Origin: a virus | Reading direction: 5' to 3' (one strand) | Length of the DNA stretch: 64,000 bases | Virus record (IMG/VR): IMGVR_UViG_3300018080_000112 | Coordinates: 64,001-128,000 of that record | In this document: one piece after another, positions 17,225 through 27,714 of the stretch | Numbering within the stretch: the stretch's first letter is position 1 | How the letters are laid out: the number at the start of each line of letters is the position of its first letter | Position numbers and translations under genes: made by a program | Notes under the pieces: generated by a model | Told to the model about the DNA's origin: nothing | Seen by the model: the letters and a program-made list of their open reading frames with translations, nothing else | The model's database searches: none

Positions 17225-18592
17225 TTACCCGATAAAGAACTTGATCAACGATTCTACATTGACGCCGAACTGATTGCCAAGGGACTGCGCCAGCCGGAAC
17301 ACGACACCCTTTCCGATTCCTTTGCCGACCGCCGCCGCCAACTTTATCGCGATCTGCATCTTGCTCATGCCATGCAGAACAGGCATCACTTCAGTTTGTT
17401 CCAGCGCCTCCATCTCTTCCATGACCTCTGGGGTCTGTTCCTTGTTCTCAAGCTCGTCAAGGCGCTTCAAGACCTGTTCAAAGCTCATGTTAAGCGTGGC
17501 GGTCTGTTGCGCGTTCTCGGCAAGCTCTTGTTGAAGCGCTTCGTTCTCCGCCTTCATGCGCCGAAGTTGTTCCTCTTGTTCCTCTCTCTCCTTCTCCTTC
17601 TTTGCCTGTTCTTGCTCCTCCTGGTAGTTTTGCAGAACATGAAGATACTCTGATAACGGTATCCGCGACAACTTACGATAGTCGATTTCTTCCAGCGGAT
17701 AATTTAAGTTGTCTGGACTCACTTCATCCACAAGGTCAACCGAAGGGGGAATATCAGCGCAAACCTTCCAGTCTACACGAACAATGACCGCACCCGGCTC
17801 CTGGTCTTGTAAGACAACGCCGTACCAGTCCGGGAAATGAAGCGGCGAATAAACGGGATCTCCAACCTTGAAATCCTCATTTTTCACCTTGTTGTGTTCT
17901 TCTAAGAGAGACAAATACTCTGTTAAGGGGACACGTTCAAGCTGGTTCGAATCAATGTATATAAGCGGATATGCTGCAGACTCGATAATTTTCCAATCCA
18001 CGTTCACAAAGGTGTCATATTCGGCTTGATCGTCCTGTATAACGCCGTAACTTCCGGGATAGTAGTTGGGAGAACAAACAGGATCTCCCTTTTTGTAGGG
18101 GGTATTCTCTGGCGTGCCGTTCTTCTGCATCGCGATAACAAATTCGTGAAGCGGCGCTCTTTCCAGGTTATAAGTTTGTTCGCAATCCGAAGGGTAATAA
18201 AGAGGATCTTTTGCACACCAGTCAATGGTCACATTAAACTGGTCTTGCATCATCGTGACCACACCCATGCTGGTTCCGTAGGATGTGAACTTATGGCGGA
18301 CCACGTCACCGACAGAGAGGTTTTGACCTTCTGTCTTTTCATACCTCTCTTGTTCCTTTTGCTGTTCTAGTCGCTCTTGTTGCTGTTCCAGGTCTCGGAT
18401 CTTCAAGAGCACTTCATCAGAGACCACATCTTTCAGCGCGTTTAGTTGCGCCACGACTTCCGCCGTTTTGTCTACTGATCCGGTCACCTCGTGTTTTTGG
18501 CTATCAGAAGCAACCAAGTCTACGTATTCTTGTCCTGTTAGGTGTCCATCTTTGTCATATGTGTATGCTTTTGTTGTTGCCATGTTCTTCAT
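17225..18592 (-). CDS. hypothetical protein with three internal SH3-like (xVGDxV...DW...RxPLxE[FY]) repeats and coiled coils
   Basis: Three alignable repeats in the translation. Confidence 0.7.
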   Translation of the reverse strand: MKNMATTKAYTYDKDGHLTGQEYVDLVASDSQKHEVTGSVDKTAEVVAQLNALKDVVSDEVLLKIRDLEQQQERLEQQKEQERYEKTEGQNLSVGDVVRHKFTSYGTSMGVVTMMQDQFNVTIDWCAKDPLYYPSDCEQTYNLERAPLHEFVIAMQKNGTPENTPYKKGDPVCSPNYYPGSYGVIQDDQAEYDTFVNVDWKIIESAAYPLIYIDSNQLERVPLTEYLSLLEEHNKVKNEDFKVGDPVYSPLHFPDWYGVVLQDQEPGAVIVRVDWKVCADIPPSVDLVDEVSPDNLNYPLEEIDYRKLSRIPLSEYLHVLQNYQEEQEQAKKEKEREEQEEQLRRMKAENEALQQELAENAQQTATLNMSFEQVLKRLDELENKEQTPEVMEEMEALEQTEVMPVLHGMSKMQIAIKLAAAVGKGIGKGVVFRLAQSLGNQFGVNVESLIKFFIG

Positions 18593-18652
18593 CTCCCCTG
18601 ATGAATAAAACCGGTCAATATTGTAACGGCGCTCCTCTTGTGCGCCTTTTAA

Positions 18653-18928
18653 TCAGTCAACACCATCTCTGACCTTGTTCGCCTCAAGGAACGCCTTCAC
18701 GTCTTCCGGATTGGCTCTGGCGCGGTCTCGCATGGTCTCGAACTCATGATCTGTCATAAGCAACACTTCTTCTTCCCCGGTGCTGGTGTCTTTGATCGCC
18801 TTTCCATCATGTTCTACTTGCACCACGAGATAGTTCTGATCGGACCCAAAACGGCGCTCTTTGTTATCGATACGCATCACACGACCCAAAAGACCCAACG
18901 ACTGACCCATAAAATTCCAAAAACCCAT
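18653..18928 (-). CDS. hypothetical protein
   Basis: 91-aa ORF with AAGGA RBS. Confidence 0.6.
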   Translation of the reverse strand: MGFWNFMGQSLGLLGRVMRIDNKERRFGSDQNYLVVQVEHDGKAIKDTSTGEEEVLLMTDHEFETMRDRARANPEDVKAFLEANKVRDGVD

Positions 18929-18954
18929 TGTCTTGATCCTTTCGGCTGTTCAGG

Positions 18955-19161
18955 TTATTTTTGTTCCTTTTCCATGGTGATTCTTGCAGATCGTTTGTTC
19001 TCTCCAGGAACAACTTCGCGAATTGTGCGCTCCACTTCCTTCTCCTGGATGTAATTCAAGCCACACCCAAGCTCGATACCGACCACACTGAAAAAATCCT
19101 TCAGGTCTTCACGAGAAGAACCGTCCGGAACATCGATCTCACCGTATATTCTGACCTTCAT
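18955..19161 (-). CDS. hypothetical protein
   Basis: 68-aa ORF with AGGAG RBS. Confidence 0.6.
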   Translation of the reverse strand: MKVRIYGEIDVPDGSSREDLKDFFSVVGIELGCGLNYIQEKEVERTIREVVPGENKRSARITMEKEQK

Positions 19162-19647
19162 AACAACTCCTTTTGTTGTTTCAAGACTGTTAACTGATGC
19201 TCGTTTCTGGGGTGCAAGGCTGTTGAAGATTGTTGTCTCCTGACACCCGGAAAAGGTTAGGACCTAACTATCAGCACGCGAGCATGAAAACAAACAGCGT
19301 TACCTATTAGAGACACATTTTTATCCGAAAACGAACCGTTTTCCAGTGAAATAAAACCACCTTTTGACAACTACGACCTGAAACCCCAACAAAATCAAGG
19401 AAAAAGGTCCGCTCACAAAAGAGTAACCAGAAGCACCCCATAAAAAGCACCAAGAAATCAAACACAAATGGTTGCATTTCTACATTTTTCTTGTCTCTAT
19501 TAAAGAAAGCATCTAAAATGTAAGACCACCTCGCACAGTGGGCGGTAGCGTCTACCGAACAGACGACAGACCGAATACAGACCGATGATAGGGGATACAA
19601 GATAGGACAGTTTTTTTCGCCTCAAAACCATAGGAGAAGAACGTTCA

Positions 19648-21528
19648 ATGACAACACACACCAACCTTTCAACCCAAACCATGGCGCGGCTCATCCATCA
19701 CATGAAGTACGCCAAATACCTACCAGACCAGCAAAGAAGGGAAGAGTACAAAGAAACCGTTAGCCGGAACTTGATGATGCATGTCAAGAAATTTCCCCGG
19801 CTCGCACAAGAGATCTCAGAGGCTTACAAGTACGTTTTTGACCGAAAAGTACTCCCCGCGATGCGATCAATGCAGTTTGCAGGGGAAGCAATCGAGCGCA
19901 ACAACTGCAGGCTGTACAACTGTTCTTTTACCCACATCGACCATCCAGACGTGTTTCAAGAGATTATGTTCCTCTTGTTGTCTGGTTGCGGCGTTGGGTA
20001 CAGCGTGCAACAACAACACGTGGCGAAGCTTCCAAAGATACAAAAGCCAGACGAACCCTTCACGTACAAAGTACCTGATTCAATCGAGGGATGGTCCCTT
20101 GCTGTGGGGAAGTTGATCGATGCTTTTTTGCGGGGTAAGCGCTTTCCAATCTTCGATTTTAGCGGAGTCAGACCAGCCGGATCACCAATCGTTACCAGCG
20201 GGGGGATCGCGCCTGGTCCTGGTCCTTTAAGCACTGCGCTTGTTGAGATACAGAACATACTGGTGAACAAGGCTCCTGGTTCGAAATTATCAACACTGGA
20301 GTGTCACGACATTCTTTGTCACCTTGCGCACGCCGTTCTCTCTGGCGGTGTCCGTCGTTCCTCTTATATCGCCCTTTTCAGCATTGACGACAAAGAGATG
20401 TTGGAGTGTAAGAGCGGCGAATGGTGGAAAGACAACCTCCAGCGCTCGCTTGCAAACAACTCCGCCGTGGTCTTGCGCAGTGAACTCCACGACCGAAGAG
20501 ATCAAGTCAATGCAATCTGGGATCTCTTGGAAAACTCCCTAAGCGGCGAACCGAACATTTTCTTGACGAATGATCTTGATTGGGGTTGCAACCCTTGTGG
20601 TGAAATTGGCGGACCTAGCAACTTCTTTTGCAACCTGGATGAGATCAACGCGAGCAACGTCAAGAACCAGACAGACCTCGACCAGCGAGCGCTGATTGCT
20701 TCAAGGCTGGCGACCATTCAAGGCACATACACAGACTTCCCCTTCCTTCGCCCCATCTGGAAAGAAAGAGCCGAGCAAGCGGGTCTTATTGGCGTGGGAA
20801 TGACCGGTATTTCTCGCGGGAACATTTTGGGTCTCAACCTCAAACGCGCCGCAAAAATTGTGCTGGCTGAAAATAAGCGTCTGGCGAAGCTTCTCGGCAT
20901 TACAAAAGCGGAACGGTCCACAACCATTAAGCCATCTGGAACGTCCTCTCTTGCCCTCTCAAATGGTCTTGTCGTGTCTTCTGGCATCCACCCCTACCAC
21001 AGTCCCTTCTGGAAACGACGGATCACCGTCACACACACCGAACCAGTCTACCAATATTTGATGAATGAACACCCCTGGCTTGTTGAGCCGTCCGCGTATC
21101 GACCAGAGAGGGAATCTGTGATTACTCTCCCGCAAGCCGCGCCAGATGGTGCAATCATGCGTGATGAGGGAGCCATGGCTCTTTTAGAGCGCGTCAAGTA
21201 CTTCTATGACAACTGGATCTCCCCCGGTCACGTCACCGGAAAGAACACAAACAACATAAGCTGTACCGTATCTGTCAAAAAACATGAATGGCAAATGGTT
21301 CGGGATTGGTGGTGGAACAACACAGACTCTTTTGTGTCTCTCACCTTCATGAACTATGACGGCGGTGTCTACAAGCAAATGCCAATGGAAGAATGCAGCG
21401 AGAAAGAGTACAAGCGACTCGTCAAACAACTCCGACCCATGGATTTAAGAAGTGTGGTAGAGGAAAAGGATACAACGACAAGATCTCAAACTGTGGCTTG
21501 TGCTGGCGGTGCTTGCGAGCTAGTCTAA
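19648..21528 (+). CDS. nrdJ: class II (adenosylcobalamin-dependent) ribonucleotide reductase
   Basis: YNCSF, GCGVG, GGVRRS, NPCGEI, CNL, TTIKPSGT, C-terminal ACAGGACEL; no small-subunit gene in the window. Confidence 0.9.
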   Translation: MTTHTNLSTQTMARLIHHMKYAKYLPDQQRREEYKETVSRNLMMHVKKFPRLAQEISEAYKYVFDRKVLPAMRSMQFAGEAIERNNCRLYNCSFTHIDHPDVFQEIMFLLLSGCGVGYSVQQQHVAKLPKIQKPDEPFTYKVPDSIEGWSLAVGKLIDAFLRGKRFPIFDFSGVRPAGSPIVTSGGIAPGPGPLSTALVEIQNILVNKAPGSKLSTLECHDILCHLAHAVLSGGVRRSSYIALFSIDDKEMLECKSGEWWKDNLQRSLANNSAVVLRSELHDRRDQVNAIWDLLENSLSGEPNIFLTNDLDWGCNPCGEIGGPSNFFCNLDEINASNVKNQTDLDQRALIASRLATIQGTYTDFPFLRPIWKERAEQAGLIGVGMTGISRGNILGLNLKRAAKIVLAENKRLAKLLGITKAERSTTIKPSGTSSLALSNGLVVSSGIHPYHSPFWKRRITVTHTEPVYQYLMNEHPWLVEPSAYRPERESVITLPQAAPDGAIMRDEGAMALLERVKYFYDNWISPGHVTGKNTNNISCTVSVKKHEWQMVRDWWWNNTDSFVSLTFMNYDGGVYKQMPMEECSEKEYKRLVKQLRPMDLRSVVEEKDTTTRSQTVACAGGACELV

Positions 21529-24500
21529 CCCTTCTTACTTCCGAATCTCCCCTTCATATACTCTTCATACGGAACAGAACCAACTTGCTCTTCTATCTCT
21601 TGTCTCTTTGCTGATTCTATCGCCGCCTTGTGGGATGCCTTTGACCGCTCCACCGGACTCATAGACTCTTCCGCCGCAATCTGTTCTCTCCTCTTTGCCT
21701 GATACTCTTCGACCTCTTTTTGTGTAATATCAGAGAGACTCTTCAACGTGATACCAGTCGATACACTAGCGGGAATCCCAATACCTGTTCCGCTCAAAAT
21801 AGCGCTCAAACCTGATAGGAATCCCTCTATATCACCTGTCCACGTCGTTTTCCCCCGCAGTGGTGAGAGAATACCATCCAGGAAAACACGCAAACGAGAG
21901 GTTGGCTCAAGATCCGCACTCGGTAGCCGTTCCCTCACTTTCGTCATGATCTGTTCGTAAATGTCTGGCTCTTCCTCTGGCTCTTCCCGTTCAGAGAAAC
22001 CTTCTCCCTTCGTTGTCTCTGTCGGTGGTGGAAACGTACCTTCTGAGACAAACGCGCCACCCGCTGCGCTGAGTTCTTGACTGGCTGTAGAAAACGGCAC
22101 TTCTTCTTTCACCATGCTTGTGCTCGTTCGCTCTACTTGTATCCGACAATCAATCCCAAATTCACTCATAAACATTCGAGGTAGCTCACCAGACACCACA
22201 AAGTGACTCACAATCTTAAAGGACCGCCTTGAATAGGTGTTCGCACAAGTAAACCCAAGGCGAAGTTTCTGGGGTGCTACTTCCTCAACAATAGCGTATG
22301 TAAGAGCGTTCCCAAGCTGTTCATTTCTGATCTGAACACGAGAAACAATGTTGCTCCAGTCATAACCCCACATCGTTGCTGTTTGACTCTCCAGATGAAC
22401 CCACGTCGGCGGTACTTGCAGCGTTGTAGGGTCCGGCTCCTCGATTGTCTCCGCCGGTACTACAACAACGGGAACAGGCTCCTTTGTACCCGTCTTTTTG
22501 ATCACAGACTCCCGCAACAAAAACGCATTAGTTGAACACGCCTCCAACCGTGGTGAGTTTTCCAGTTCAGGACACGCCTGAACATCCTTGATGATATCGT
22601 CACAGATCTCCACCGTTCGCTCTTGACTCACCGCCTGGATGCACTGCGCCGCATTTAAGAGACACTCTTGCTGTTGGATGATGGTATCGTTGAGACGGTG
22701 CATTCGAGCCGCTTCAATGTAACAAGCATACGCCATCACCTGGTTACACTCGTCACGGTACTTCTTACCAAAATTCGACAGATGGATTCCCATCATAAAC
22801 GGGTCAAGCTGAGCGCGTAACTGGTCTGTAATCACTTTCGCCTTTAGGTCAGACACAAGACCGGAAACGGATTGCTCTTCTCGGATATATGGTTTCTTGA
22901 GACCCCAAAGGTCATTCTCCAGCGTCTTGAGAACATCTTGAACCACAAACGACTCCGTCTCTTGTCGTTCTCGCAACTTCTTTGTCCAGTCCTCCAGCGG
23001 TTCACTCCAGGCTTGTTCTTCCTGGTCTTGTTCAAGCTGAATGATCCAATCCCGCAACCGCACCCGTTCCTGCAATAGGTCACGAAAACACTGCGAAACG
23101 CCCGTAAAAGCTTGCCCTATGAACACCCGCTGAAGAGAGATGATACCAGCCCCTACAAGCTTCACCTCCATCGAATGTTCTGCACCCGATGATTTCACCG
23201 TCACAGACTGCGCCGTTACTTGTTCCAGTCCCGAGAGGATCTTTGCTGTTCTCGCTTCTGTCTTTGATAGTTTCTTTGTGTCCAGCGGCACAGCTTTCTC
23301 AGACCAGATCGGCGGGACCTCTTTCGGGATCTCTTTCGGCTCTTCTTTCTTTAGTGGTTCCTTAGCTAACTCCGCTCTGTTTCGGTCCCTTATCAGCCGC
23401 TTGAACGCCTCCAATGTTTTCGCATCTTTGGGAACATTAGAGAACAACACCCGAAAAATCTCGGTTTCATCTGGCGTCATTTCAACGTAGCCGTCTTCTG
23501 TTGGGAAAGAGACCGAGAAAGGTTTTGGCTCCTCCACTACAGGACTCGCTTCGAAGGGGATCTTCCCCACTCCGCCGCATGTCTTACATTGTTCCTCGCC
23601 AAACAAAGAATAACCTCTCCCTTGACAGTCGTGACAAGGAACCAGCGGCTCTTCTTTGACTGGTTCTCTTTCCTTCCAGCCCTCGCCATCACAAGAGTTA
23701 CAATCGATCCCCATATCATCTGTACCGACTCCGTCACACCAGGAACAAAGCACGACGTTTGGTTTTGTAGGTATGACACCATAGCCGCGACACCGCGAAC
23801 ATGTGATGTGTACGCCTACTTCGGTTGTTTCCCCGTTACCCGCGCAAATAGGACACTCTTTGGTCAACCCTTCTTCTGGTTCTTCTTCCACGTAATGCCA
23901 GCCCATTCCGTCACAATCTGGGCACTTATAAGGACTCCCCGCATAACTTGTTTCACCCGTCCCCTTGCACCGAACACACCACTCTGTTTCTCTTTTTGTT
24001 ATCTCTGGCTCTTCTTTTGCTGCAAAAGGAGAGAAGACAGTTCCTTCTCCCTGGCAAGAAGGACAAACACCAGTAACAGCGCCGCGCTTCTCCACGACTC
24101 TACCAAACCCTTGGCAGTACTCGCACTCTTCCACATACCACCACCCCAAACCGCCACATGTTGAACACTCTTCTGTGTATGTTTTTGCGCTCTGTACGTG
24201 ACCAATCCCATCACAATCAGGACACTCTTTCTTCCGCTTTCCGTACTTCTCTGCATCCACAGAGCCAGTTCCCAAGCAACCATTACAATCAATCTCGTGA
24301 CCAGAGACGGACAAAACACCCGTACCACCACAATCTGGACAATCCTTCTGTGCTTTCTTCTCTGGTTCTCTCGCCTTTACCTTTTTGGGGTACTTCACTT
24401 CCTTGGTGCGCGTCCCTTTCCCCAAACACGGGACACAAAAGAGCGAACTATCATGCGCCGCTCTTCCAGTCCCTTTACAAGCGGAACACTCCACGGATTC

Positions 24501-24542
24501 AAAAACAGGCTGTTTTCTCTTTTCTATTCCTTTCCACGCCAT
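21525..24542 (-). CDS. 1005-aa protein with 16 DnaJ-type CxxCxGxG zinc-finger repeats
   Basis: 16 CxxCxGxG motifs counted in the first ~330 aa. Confidence 0.8.
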   Translation of the reverse strand: MAWKGIEKRKQPVFESVECSACKGTGRAAHDSSLFCVPCLGKGTRTKEVKYPKKVKAREPEKKAQKDCPDCGGTGVLSVSGHEIDCNGCLGTGSVDAEKYGKRKKECPDCDGIGHVQSAKTYTEECSTCGGLGWWYVEECEYCQGFGRVVEKRGAVTGVCPSCQGEGTVFSPFAAKEEPEITKRETEWCVRCKGTGETSYAGSPYKCPDCDGMGWHYVEEEPEEGLTKECPICAGNGETTEVGVHITCSRCRGYGVIPTKPNVVLCSWCDGVGTDDMGIDCNSCDGEGWKEREPVKEEPLVPCHDCQGRGYSLFGEEQCKTCGGVGKIPFEASPVVEEPKPFSVSFPTEDGYVEMTPDETEIFRVLFSNVPKDAKTLEAFKRLIRDRNRAELAKEPLKKEEPKEIPKEVPPIWSEKAVPLDTKKLSKTEARTAKILSGLEQVTAQSVTVKSSGAEHSMEVKLVGAGIISLQRVFIGQAFTGVSQCFRDLLQERVRLRDWIIQLEQDQEEQAWSEPLEDWTKKLRERQETESFVVQDVLKTLENDLWGLKKPYIREEQSVSGLVSDLKAKVITDQLRAQLDPFMMGIHLSNFGKKYRDECNQVMAYACYIEAARMHRLNDTIIQQQECLLNAAQCIQAVSQERTVEICDDIIKDVQACPELENSPRLEACSTNAFLLRESVIKKTGTKEPVPVVVVPAETIEEPDPTTLQVPPTWVHLESQTATMWGYDWSNIVSRVQIRNEQLGNALTYAIVEEVAPQKLRLGFTCANTYSRRSFKIVSHFVVSGELPRMFMSEFGIDCRIQVERTSTSMVKEEVPFSTASQELSAAGGAFVSEGTFPPPTETTKGEGFSEREEPEEEPDIYEQIMTKVRERLPSADLEPTSRLRVFLDGILSPLRGKTTWTGDIEGFLSGLSAILSGTGIGIPASVSTGITLKSLSDITQKEVEEYQAKRREQIAAEESMSPVERSKASHKAAIESAKRQEIEEQVGSVPYEEYMKGRFGSKKG

Positions 24543-24564
24543 CTTGTTCCCCTAATGTTAGGAC

Positions 24565-25383
24565 CTAACCTTGATCAAAGGCTGTCAATTTCTCTACAAA
24601 TGAGTGACCTGGTTTCTCGTCATTCAGTTCGATTTCCACTTCTTTTAGCGGCTTACCTATCAGCGGTGTCAGCTTTGTAGGGTCCGGCGGTCTCACCGGT
24701 GCCTTTTGGCGCTTCCTTCGCGGCTTACCGTTCTGTTTCGCTGCAATCATTGGCGGAGTTGGGGCTTGCCGTGGTCTTGAAGCGGTCACATCTTCTTCTT
24801 TCAGTGGTTCATTCTGGTAGCGCTTTCCAGTGGGGTCCTTTTGTTGCGCCTTGATCTCTTCGGTCAAGACCTCCAGATAATGATCCGCCGTCTCTTTTGA
24901 TACCCCTAACTGTTCCGCAGACACTTCCGCCTTGAACTCTTGTGGGGGTCGTGGCTTGCCTTGTGGCTTGCCAACCGTCACTGGCACACTTTCCTCTTGC
25001 GCCGGTTGTGGTTTGCCTACAGGAGCGCTCTCGGGTGCCTTCTCGGGTGCCTCTTGTGGTTTTGTTGTGTCGTGTGGCTCAACATCTGGTTCACCTGGAT
25101 TCCGCCGGTATCGACCAGAACAGTACGCCGCAAAATGCATAATCGTGAACTGATCTGATTTGTGCAACTGGTTGAGATGGTGTTTCACATCTTCGTCTTG
25201 GCGTTCTGGATATCGGTAAAAATAGCACGCACCGAGAACACCCAACATCCGGAACGTGAGAATTTTCTGGTCATACGCTTTGAACAGGTCACACATGGAG
25301 TATTTGATCTCCACTGTCCCTTCGTAATCTTCGCCGTCCATTGTCTTGAAGGCAATAGCGATCTCATCTTTGTTCGGTTTCAT
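24565..25383 (-). CDS. hypothetical protein; N-domain similar to 27246-27695, Pro-rich GKP tail
   Basis: GAGGAG RBS; motif B element upstream. Confidence 0.65.
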   Translation of the reverse strand: MKPNKDEIAIAFKTMDGEDYEGTVEIKYSMCDLFKAYDQKILTFRMLGVLGACYFYRYPERQDEDVKHHLNQLHKSDQFTIMHFAAYCSGRYRRNPGEPDVEPHDTTKPQEAPEKAPESAPVGKPQPAQEESVPVTVGKPQGKPRPPQEFKAEVSAEQLGVSKETADHYLEVLTEEIKAQQKDPTGKRYQNEPLKEEDVTASRPRQAPTPPMIAAKQNGKPRRKRQKAPVRPPDPTKLTPLIGKPLKEVEIELNDEKPGHSFVEKLTAFDQG

Positions 25384-25471
25384 CCGCCGCACTCCTCTTT
25401 TGTGTCATTGTGAAACGGTCTACTAATAGAGTCACACTTTGAAGGGAAACGTAACCGGTAGAAGGAAGAAA

Positions 25472-26326
25472 TCAGGAAGGAGAAGACTCAGTTTGTTGTT
25501 TCTCTTGCGCATCTTCAGCGGCGATATAAAGCTGAACAAACTTCTTCAAAGCAAAGTACTGGTGAAGAAGTTGAGAGTTCCAATCCGAACAATCGATCCC
25601 TTCTGTGTCCTTGTACACATCGAAATATGCCTCATACCAGGCTTGTTCCGCCGGACAATAGCCGCCGCATAACCGACTCTCGTACTCATCCCACAACTCT
25701 CGCCAGCGGGTCCGCAGTCCCTTGATCTTCTCCAGTGCTGCAAGCGCTTCTTCCGCCTGCAGATCGATATCTTCTTCCTCCAGAAGCAACTCAAAGTTCT
25801 TGTCCTTGAGTTCTGCAATCTGGTTGTCAAGCTCAATTACGTCCGGTGATTCGTCCGTCTCGCCTTGCTTGAAAAGAACATCGATCCCGCACGAAAGGTC
25901 ATGCATTTTCTCCTGCACTTCCTGGATCGCTTTTTGGGTCTCCATCACCACTTCGTGATCTTCTCGCAAGTGTTCGAGATGCAACTCCGCCTCTTTGATC
26001 AAAAACGTCTTCTGTCTGTGAACCGGCGTCACCTTCTCCATGAAATAATCAAGGTGATCGTGCTTGCTGTTCAGCGTGCTCAGGAGCCACGAGAGCGCAT
26101 CCGGACCACTCGGGACAACGCAGAGGTCTTGCAGATCTCCATGGAAGAGTATCGTGTTCGCAGACACTACCACGCGAAAGCTGTACATGCTGGTTCCTGG
26201 TTTCTGACAATACCAGCGTCCTTCCCCCTCTTTGATCAGAATATGATCCTTGAGAGAGGGATCTGAGAGCGCCTTCATATGCGCTCGCCACTCTTTCGAG
26301 TTATATTTTTCCTCATACTGTGACAT
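25472..26326 (-). CDS. hypothetical protein with central coiled coil
   Basis: 284-aa ORF in a tightly packed operon. Confidence 0.65.
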   Translation of the reverse strand: MSQYEEKYNSKEWRAHMKALSDPSLKDHILIKEGEGRWYCQKPGTSMYSFRVVVSANTILFHGDLQDLCVVPSGPDALSWLLSTLNSKHDHLDYFMEKVTPVHRQKTFLIKEAELHLEHLREDHEVVMETQKAIQEVQEKMHDLSCGIDVLFKQGETDESPDVIELDNQIAELKDKNFELLLEEEDIDLQAEEALAALEKIKGLRTRWRELWDEYESRLCGGYCPAEQAWYEAYFDVYKDTEGIDCSDWNSQLLHQYFALKKFVQLYIAAEDAQEKQQTESSPS

Positions 26327-26822
26327 GCAATTCTTCCCCTGTCTTTTGTTCGATGGTTGTCAACATCTTCCGCGCCGCATCTGTAAGACGCCACTTCTTT
26401 TGTCCTGAACAGTCGCCGCACACCTCGATCAGTCCCTTTGTGACCAATGAGGGAAGAGAACCCGCCCCTCTCTTTTGGGATACCGTTGCAGGTTCCTCCT
26501 TGCACTTCAGGAAAATGAGCGCCTTTTGTTCTCCCATTGTCAAATCAATCCAGCGGTATCGCTTCGTGACCTTCGCCTTCTTTGTTCCCTTCTCGATACA
26601 AGAGGGACACAACGCCTTTGGAAAGGGTGTGAGACCTTTACAGCCCGGACACTTCATTGGAGTAACGGAAGGACCATTCAACGACCAGCCAGAGCCAGCC
26701 GGATAATGACGCGCCCAACCAGCCGCGCCGCAAAGCTCACATACATAATAGCCGTTAGAAGGGTCTTGTTTCCATTTGTGATCTTTTCGGTCCTTGCAAG
26801 GATTCCAATCCGCCACGTTCAT
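26313..26822 (-). CDS. Cys-rich hypothetical protein with possible C-terminal winged helix
   Basis: Several CxxC; LPSLVTKGLIEV...WRLT. Confidence 0.6.
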   Translation of the reverse strand: MNVADWNPCKDRKDHKWKQDPSNGYYVCELCGAAGWARHYPAGSGWSLNGPSVTPMKCPGCKGLTPFPKALCPSCIEKGTKKAKVTKRYRWIDLTMGEQKALIFLKCKEEPATVSQKRGAGSLPSLVTKGLIEVCGDCSGQKKWRLTDAARKMLTTIEQKTGEELHVTV

Positions 26823-27211
26823 CGTGCTTGCTCCACTTGTTGTTCCTGACTTCGCTTCTGGTGCTCTTCAATCTCCGCCATGTTCAGATGGATCTTTTTG
26901 GCGTGGTCTTGTGTCACATAACCCGGTGTTGCATCTTCCCCATAAGACTCACACCAGCGACAAGACGCCTCTTTGCTTCCTGTCTGTGCGTCTTCAGAGA
27001 CTCCGGTCCCTTTGCAGATCGGACAAGGAACCCGCATCATATCTCCGCCCACAACCGCCATTTTGACCGTCTTTGCGATCAAAAATAGGTCCTTGGGGAC
27101 ACGCGGACCCGCCTTCTTCAAACAAGCAAACAATGCATTCGCATGCTTTGCAGCTTGCACCAATTCCATCGCTTCATTCGTCACCTTTTCAGTCTGTTCT
27201 GTCTGTTCCAT
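26819..27211 (-). CDS. hypothetical zinc-finger protein
   Basis: CPICKGTG...CRWC; AGGAG RBS. Confidence 0.6.
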   Translation of the reverse strand: MEQTEQTEKVTNEAMELVQAAKHANALFACLKKAGPRVPKDLFLIAKTVKMAVVGGDMMRVPCPICKGTGVSEDAQTGSKEASCRWCESYGEDATPGYVTQDHAKKIHLNMAEIEEHQKRSQEQQVEQAR

Positions 27212-27245
27212 CTGTCTTCTCCTTTGTCCCGTTATTACGGTGTGT

Positions 27246-27695
27246 TTACAACTCCATAACCTCTAAATGTGCCTCACATAAACCATACTCGACACAGTCC
27301 GGATTGGCGGTCTCCACAAGCGCATGACACTCATGACAACGCAACCCATCATCCAACTGACGGTGAAACCGGTCCAAACAATACTGACCAAACTCCCCAA
27401 TGGTCAGATCTTCGACCTGGCTTGTATCCACCTCCATACCGCCGACCTCGACAGACTCACCCGCCGCCTTGCACAACTTACCAAAAAGCTCTTCATCCGC
27501 CTCGTGAAGGTTCTCAAGGTAGTACATGACACAGAGCGCCCCGAAAGCAGTCAACGGGTCAGTCTTTTCTTCTGAATCGTCCGCACTTGGCGCAAAATAC
27601 CCATCATCGAACAAGGAAACCAGGTTCTGAAAATCAACCATTTCGTAATCAATGGTGACCTGTTTTCCGTTATCACCTTCCATGTCCATCTTCAT
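27246..27695 (-). CDS. acidic hypothetical protein
   Basis: GGAG RBS; C-terminal Cys cluster. Confidence 0.6.
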   Translation of the reverse strand: MKMDMEGDNGKQVTIDYEMVDFQNLVSLFDDGYFAPSADDSEEKTDPLTAFGALCVMYYLENLHEADEELFGKLCKAAGESVEVGGMEVDTSQVEDLTIGEFGQYCLDRFHRQLDDGLRCHECHALVETANPDCVEYGLCEAHLEVMEL

Positions 27696-27714
27696 CGTAT
27701 GCTCTCCCTTATAT

